Assembly (NCBI GenBank): GCA_032654565.1
Contig: JAULAX010000015.1
Location: forward strand, 480,001-544,000
DNA from: Anaeromyxobacteraceae bacterium
Lineage (GTDB): Bacteria; Myxococcota; Myxococcia; Myxococcales; Anaeromyxobacteraceae
Reading direction: 5' to 3'
Length of the DNA: 64,000 nucleotides
Positions within the stretch are counted from its first letter, which is position 1; every line of letters starts with the position of its first letter. The notes beneath the pieces were generated by a model. The model made no database searches. It worked only from the letters and a program-made list of their open reading frames with translations, and was not told where the DNA came from. The position numbers and the translations under genes were made by a program. Shown one piece after another: positions 62,121 through 64,000 of this stretch.

Positions 62121-63794
62121 ATGCGCTCCGACATCGTCAAGAAGGGGTTCGAGCGGGCCCCCCACCGCAGCCTGCTCCGCGCCGTCGGCCTGAAGGACGA
62201 GGACTTCGACAAGCCCTTCATCGGCATCGCCAACAGCCACATCGACATCATCCCCGGCCACTTCTACCTGCAGGAGTACGGCCGCATCGCCAAGGACGAG
62301 ATCCGCAAGGCCGGCGGCGTCCCCTTCGAGTTCAACACCATCGGCGTCGACGACGGCATCGCCATGGGGCACGGCGGCATGAAGTACTCGCTCCCCTCCC
62401 GCGAGCTGATCGCCGACTCGGTGGAGACGGTGATGGAGGCCCACCAGCTCGACGCCCTGCTCTGCATCCCCAACTGCGACAAGATCGTGCCGGGCATGGT
62501 GATGGGGGCGCTGCGCGTCGACGTCCCCACCGTCTTCTGCTCGGGGGGGCCGATGAAGGCCGGGGTGCTCTCCGACGGCACCTCCGTCGACCTCTCCACC
62601 GCCTTCGAGGCGGTGGCCAAGCGGGCCCAGGGGAAGATGACCGACGAGGAGCTCTACGAGATCGAGTGCAAGGCCTGCCCCTCGGGCGGCTCCTGCTCCG
62701 GCATGTTCACCGCCAACTCCATGAACGTGCTCTGCGAGGCCATGGGGATCGCCCTGCCCGGCAACGGCACCATCCTGGCGCGGACGCCGGAGCGCGAGGC
62801 CCTGGTCCGCGCCGCCGCCCGGCGCACCGTGGAGATCGCGCTCCGGCCCGAGTACAGGATGCGCACCATCCTGAACCGCGACGCGGTGCAGAACGCCATC
62901 GTGGTCGACATGGCCATGGGCGGCTCCTCCAACACCATCCTCCACCTGCTGGCCATCGCCCGCGAGGCCGGGGTGCCGCTCACGCTCAGGGACATCGAGG
63001 CGGTGGCGGCCCGGGTGGCCCACGTCGCCAAGATCGCCCCCTCGCTCTCCACCGTGCACATCGAGGACGTGCACAAGGCCGGCGGCGTGGGGGCGGTGCT
63101 CAAGGAGATCGCCCGGCGCGGCGACGTGGTCCGCACCGGCGCCCTCACCGTCAGCGGCGAGACCATCGGCGACCGGGTCGCCGCCGCCGAGGTGAAGGAC
63201 CGGGGCGTCATCCACGATCTCGAGCACGCCTTCAGCCCGGTGGGCGGCATCGCGGTGCTCTTCGGCAACCTGGCCATGGAGGGGGCGGTGGTGAAGACCG
63301 CCGGCATCGAGCCGGGGATGAGGAAGTTCACCGGCGCGGCCATCTGCTTCGACTCGCAGGACGACGCCGTGGCCGGGATCATGGCCGGCCGGGTCAAGGC
63401 CGGCCACTTCGTGGTGATCCGCTACGAGGGGCCCAAGGGCGGGCCGGGCATGCAGGAGATGCTCTCGCCCACGGCGCTGATCATGGGGATGGGGCTGGGC
63501 AACTCGGTCGGCCTGGTCACCGACGGCCGCTTCTCCGGCGCCACCCGCGGCGCCTGCGTCGGCCACGTCTCTCCGGAGGCGGCCGAGGGGGGGACCATCG
63601 CCCTGGTGCAGGACGGCGACCCCATCACCATCGACGTCGAGGCCCGGGCCCTGACGCTGGGGGTCCCGGAGGCGGCGCTGGCCACCCGGCGCGCCGCCTG
63701 GAAGGCGCCGAAGAAGGAGATCCGCTCCAAGTGGCTGCGGCGCTACGCGGCCCAGGTCACCAACGCCTCCAACGGCGCGGTGCTGGAGGCGTAG
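62121..63794 (+). CDS. ilvD: dihydroxy-acid dehydratase
   Basis: [48 protein letters not shown]. Confidence 0.97.
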   Translation: MRSDIVKKGFERAPHRSLLRAVGLKDEDFDKPFIGIANSHIDIIPGHFYLQEYGRIAKDEIRKAGGVPFEFNTIGVDDGIAMGHGGMKYSLPSRELIADSVETVMEAHQLDALLCIPNCDKIVPGMVMGALRVDVPTVFCSGGPMKAGVLSDGTSVDLSTAFEAVAKRAQGKMTDEELYEIECKACPSGGSCSGMFTANSMNVLCEAMGIALPGNGTILARTPEREALVRAAARRTVEIALRPEYRMRTILNRDAVQNAIVVDMAMGGSSNTILHLLAIAREAGVPLTLRDIEAVAARVAHVAKIAPSLSTVHIEDVHKAGGVGAVLKEIARRGDVVRTGALTVSGETIGDRVAAAEVKDRGVIHDLEHAFSPVGGIAVLFGNLAMEGAVVKTAGIEPGMRKFTGAAICFDSQDDAVAGIMAGRVKAGHFVVIRYEGPKGGPGMQEMLSPTALIMGMGLGNSVGLVTDGRFSGATRGACVGHVSPEAAEGGTIALVQDGDPITIDVEARALTLGVPEAALATRRAAWKAPKKEIRSKWLRRYAAQVTNASNGAVLEA

Positions 63795-63940
63795 GCGCGG
63801 GGGTGCTGGAGGCGCGGCTAGGCCGATCCAAGGCCCCCGGTGGGGTGGCCCAGTCGGTTTCGCCCAGATGGCCCGGACGCCAGCGCGCTGCTGCCCTATG
63901 GTCTCCCTGCACCGCGCTCGGATGCGGGCAGGAGGCCGTT

Positions 63941-64000
63941 CATGCGCACATGGTCCGTCGTGGTGGTTGGGCTGCTCCTCGTTGGCTGCTCGAGCGGGAG
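63941..64000 (+). CDS. 5' end of a lipoprotein, running off the window edge
   Basis: AGGAGG RBS; MRTWSVVVVGLLLVGCSSG with an LVGC lipobox. Confidence 0.65.

Overview
High-GC bacterial chromosome window. Gene content, gene order and codon usage suggest an Anaeromyxobacter-like member of the Myxococcota (inference). Most of it is core housekeeping DNA: purF, HU, a partial nuoE-F-J-K cluster, plsY, ftsK, gatCAB, mtnA, a KirBac K+ channel, rplU-rpmA-obgE, trmH/rluA, the kdsB-pyrG-kdsA-kdsC-lpxL-lptCAB-rpoN-hpf-ptsN cluster, lepB, a Yip1/TolC/MacAB-type exporter, guaC and ilvD. Four accessory elements stand out. (1) A 7.67-kb integrase-free island (28374-36044) is flanked by a 1066-bp near-perfect direct duplication of the kdsC 3' end plus lpxL. 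It encodes a Cys-rich secreted protein, an Ig-like lipoprotein, a 1660-aa Sec-signal SpvB-like/RHS protein with a hydrophobic C-terminal tip, and a candidate immunity lipoprotein; this is the best candidate for an undescribed toxin display/delivery system. (2) A TusA - divergent HdrA - MvhD/MvhG fusion - MvhA - maturation protease operon lacks HdrBC in this window. (3) A REP-associated tyrosine transposase (RAYT) has a correctly spaced sigma54-type promoter and upstream tandem repeats. (4) A palindrome-dense intergenic region (47750-48230) contains a small ORF with a strong RBS. No tRNA, rRNA or CRISPR array was recognised. All calls were made by eye from motifs; no database searches were run.
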